From positions 906,518 to 961,204 of the forward strand of contig NMRA01000095.1 in assembly GCA_002633005.1 (NCBI GenBank): a stretch of DNA of 54,687 bases, in the 5' to 3' direction. Origin of the DNA: Phoronis australis. Taxonomy: Eukaryota > Animalia > Phoronida. The position numbers and the translations under genes were made by a program. Below, in pieces: positions 51,231 to 54,687 of this stretch; within the stretch, counting starts at the first letter, position 1; the number at the start of each line of letters is the position of its first letter. The notes under the pieces are model-generated. The model had not been told where the DNA came from. It did no database searches and saw only the letters and a program-made list of their open reading frames with translations.

Positions 51231-54200
51231 TGACCTTTGACCTATTTTTTCTGATCGGATAAGCCTATTGCGAAGTAGAGTATGGTGTTCAATTGGCATG
51301 TTGACTTACCCCAGTGTGCTGAAATTGAAAAGATTGACCCCATGTTTGCCCTAAATGACCTGAAACATTGGATTCCGAATTGAATTACCTGTGCCAATCA
51401 GACCAGCTCCCAATGACCATTGTCTTGTTTCAAATTGCCTTATGACCTCTTCCGGTACAATATGGAATATGATTATATTACAAATCAAAATTTATGAACT
51501 GCCAAAAATCATATGCTGAATTTAAAGACTGTATCTGCACCCAATTTGGAGTTATTAAGCCTAAAATATGGTCGGAATAAGAATAAGAAGAATTAAAAAG
51601 ATTATTGTCACAACGTGACGATAACGGACTCTGCGCGTGCGTATTACTGGAATTATTATGGAAAGTTTCTGACAGCAACCCATTTACCAATATGAAAAGG
51701 AATTCTTTAAAATTGTAGGAAAAATTAATTGACCTCTTCCGGTGCCTTATGAGCCCCGATGAGGGAGTAATTGTTAACTCGATTAAAAGTGTGGTTAATG
51801 CTAAAAATCACAGATGTTGTACTTTAAGGACTTCAGGATACAAGATGAATGAATTGGTCAAACTTTCAGAAGAAAAATGCACCCAATGACCCCATGGGTG
51901 CACGACTGAAGTGACGTGAAAATTTAGAATTCAAACTCAATCGCACTTAGTAAACAGATATGTAATTTTGAAGTCTCTAGCTCAAAATTTTAGTTTGCAC
52001 TCAATGACCTTTGACCTATTTTTCTGATTGGTTAGGCCTATTGCGAAGTAAAGTAGGCTATGTTGACTTACATCAGTGTACTGAACTTTAAAAGAATTCC
52101 TTGAAAAATGTAAGAGATATAACATTTTGAACGTTACATGACCTTTGCACTAATTGACCCTATCCGGTGCATTATAAGCTCCTTGAGGAGAATTATTGCA
52201 AAGCCCATGAACAATGTGTTTAATGCTGAGAATCACAGTTGTCTAGCGGTTGACACATCAGAATACTTGCTGATTGAAAAGGTCAAATTTTCAGAAGAAA
52301 ATGCACTTAATGACCCCATGTTTGAACTAAATGACCTGAAACTTTGGATTCCTAATTGTATTACCTGTGGCAATCAGACATGTCAATTTGAAGTGTCTAA
52401 CTCAAAATTTTAGTTTGCACCTAATGACCTTTGACCTATTTCACCTGATTGGATGACCCGATTACTTAGAAAAGTATTTTTTATATTACCTAATTGACTT
52501 TTATCTGTGTACCGAGTTTGAGAACAATAGCTTTTAAAATAAAGAAGGAGTAGCATTTTGAAAATTACATGACCTTTGCACCAAATAACCTCTTCCGGTG
52601 CATTATGGAATATGATTATATGATGAATCAGAATTTATGTACTGCCAAAAATCATATGCTGAATTTGAAGAACGTTCCTACACGCAATTTGGAGTTATTA
52701 GGTGTCAAATTTGGTCGGAAGAAGAATAAGAATAAGAAGAATAAGAATTAGAAAGATTATTGTCACGGCGTGAGAATAATGGACCCTGCGCGTGCGTATT
52801 AAAGGAATTGTTATGGGAAGTTACTGAAAGCAACCCGTTTACCAATATGAAACGGAATTCTTTAAAATTGTAGGAGAAATTACATGTTAATATCTTGATG
52901 TCCTTTCCACTAACTGACCTCTTCCGGTGCATTATGAAACCCGATGAGGAAATAATTGTAAAACCAATTTAAAGTGTGGTTAATGCTAAGAATCACAGAG
53001 GTTTATCTTTAAGCACTTAAGAATACAATATGAATGAATTGGTCAAATTTTCAGAAGAAAAATGCACCTAATGACCCCATGAGTGCACCAAATGAATGAC
53101 CCAAAAATTTTGAATTCAAACTCAATCGCATTTAGTAAACAGATATGTAATTTTGAAGTTTCTAGCTCAAAGTTTTGATTTTGCACTCAATGACCTTTGA
53201 CCTATTTTTTGATTGGTTAGGTCTATTGCGTAGTTAAGTAGGTTGTTCAATTGGCATGATGACTTACACTAGTGTGCTGAAATTAAAAAGAATTCCTTGA
53301 AAAACGTAAGAGATATAATATTTTGAACGTTAGATGACCTTTGCACTAATTGACCCTACCCGGTGCATTATAAGCGTCTTTAGGAGAATTATTGCAAAGC
53401 CAATAAAAATTGTGTTTAGTGCTGAGAATCACAGTTGTCTAACGGTTGACACATCAGTATGATTGGAGAATGAAAAGGTCAAATTTTCAGAAGAAAAATG
53501 CACCTAGTGACCCCATGTTTGCCCTAAATGATCTGAAACTTTGGATTCCACATTGATTTACCTGTGGCAATCAGACCTGACAATTTGAAGTGTCTAGCTC
53601 AAAATTTTAGTTTGCACCTAATGACCTTTGACCTATTTCACCTGATTGGATGACCCGATTACTTAGGAAAGGAATTTTTTAAACTGTCATGTTGACTTAT
53701 AACTGTGCTCCGAATTTGAAAAAGATAGCTTTAAAACTAAAGGATGAGTAGCATTGTGAAAATTATATGACCTTTGCACTAGACGACCTCTTCCGTTGCA
53801 ATATGGAATATGATTATATAACCAATCAAAATTTATATACTGTCAAAAGTCATATGCTGAATTTAAAGACCTACCTGCACCAAATTTGGAGTTATTAAGC
53901 CTCAAAGTTGGTCGGAAGAAGAATAAGAAGAAAAAGAATAAGAAGAACTAGAAAGATTATTGTCACGACGTGACAATAACGAACTCTGCGCGTGCGCATT
54001 AATGGAATTATTATGGGAAGTTACTGACAGCAACCCGTTTACCAATATGAAAAGGAATTCTTTAAAATTGTAGGAGAAATTACATATTAATTTTTTGATG
54101 ACCTTTCCCCTAATTGACCTCTTCCGGTGCATTATGAGCCCCGATGAGGGAGTAATTGTTAACTCGATTAAAAGTGTGGTTAATGCTAATAATCACAGAT

Positions 54201-54687
54201 GTTTTACTTTAAGCACTTCAGAATACAAGATGAATGAAGTGGTCAAATTTTCAAAAGAAAAATGCACCTAATGACCCCATGTGTTGACCAAATGACCTGA
54301 AAATTTAGAATTGAAACTCAATCGCACTTAGTAAACAGATACGTAATTCTGAAGTCTCTAGCTCAAAATTTTAGTTTGCACTCAATGACCTTTGACCTAT
54401 TTTTCTGATTGATTAGGCCTATTGCAAAGTAAAGTAGGGTATTCAATTGCTATGTTGACTTACATCAGTGTACTGAACTTTAAAAGAATTCCTTGAAAAA
54501 TGTAAGAGATATAACATTTTGAACGTTACATGACCTTTGCACTAATTGACCCTATCCGGTGCATTATAAGCTCCTTGAGGAGAATTATTGCAAAGCCCAT
54601 GAACAATGTGTTTAATGCTGAGAATCACAGTTGTCTAGCGGTTGACACATCAGAATACTTGCTGATTGAAAAGGTCAAATTTTCAGA
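51231..54687. repeat. Complex tandem repeat / satellite array (TGACCTTTGACC-rich; ~1.2 kb unit of three diverged subunits), runs off the window
   Basis: ATTATTGTCAC recurs at 51601, 52756 and 53956; CCGGTGCATTAT-like anchors occur every ~290-440 bp. Confidence 0.93.

Noticed and set aside
51478-54132. Repeated short ORFs in the terminal array
   Set aside because: By-products of the satellite units; frames are not maintained between copies.

Overview
Intron-rich, AT-rich animal genomic DNA, probably a marine invertebrate (inference from gene and repeat content). I assembled two spliced minus-strand genes by hand with consistent intron phases. (1) A 7-exon GT8 glucoside xylosyltransferase (GXYLT1/2-like, about 390-413 aa, 15975->2414). 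Its first exon also appears in a ~2 kb near-identical second copy that starts at an N, so it may be a haplotype artefact. (2) A 21-exon gene (48906->23471, about 1760 aa) encoding a predicted type I membrane protein: signal peptide, UMOD/GP2-type D8C, VWD, EGF and other VWDE-like ectodomain segments, mucin stalk, TM helix, Tyr-motif-rich tail, SAM domain and C-terminal U-box. This looks like a VWDE-like receptor with a built-in U-box E3 ligase, an architecture I do not recognise and the main candidate for novelty. Its first intron holds a recent 5'-truncated Penelope-like (Naiad-type) retroelement with an inverted pseudo-LTR, a 12-bp target-site duplication and a minimal hammerhead ribozyme with a U3-A8 core variant. 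The window also contains two degraded L1/Tx1-type LINE 3' ends, tRNA-derived SINE-like heads, several MITE-like inverted repeats and, at the right end, a hierarchical tandem repeat. All calls come from reading the sequence by eye; no searches were run.
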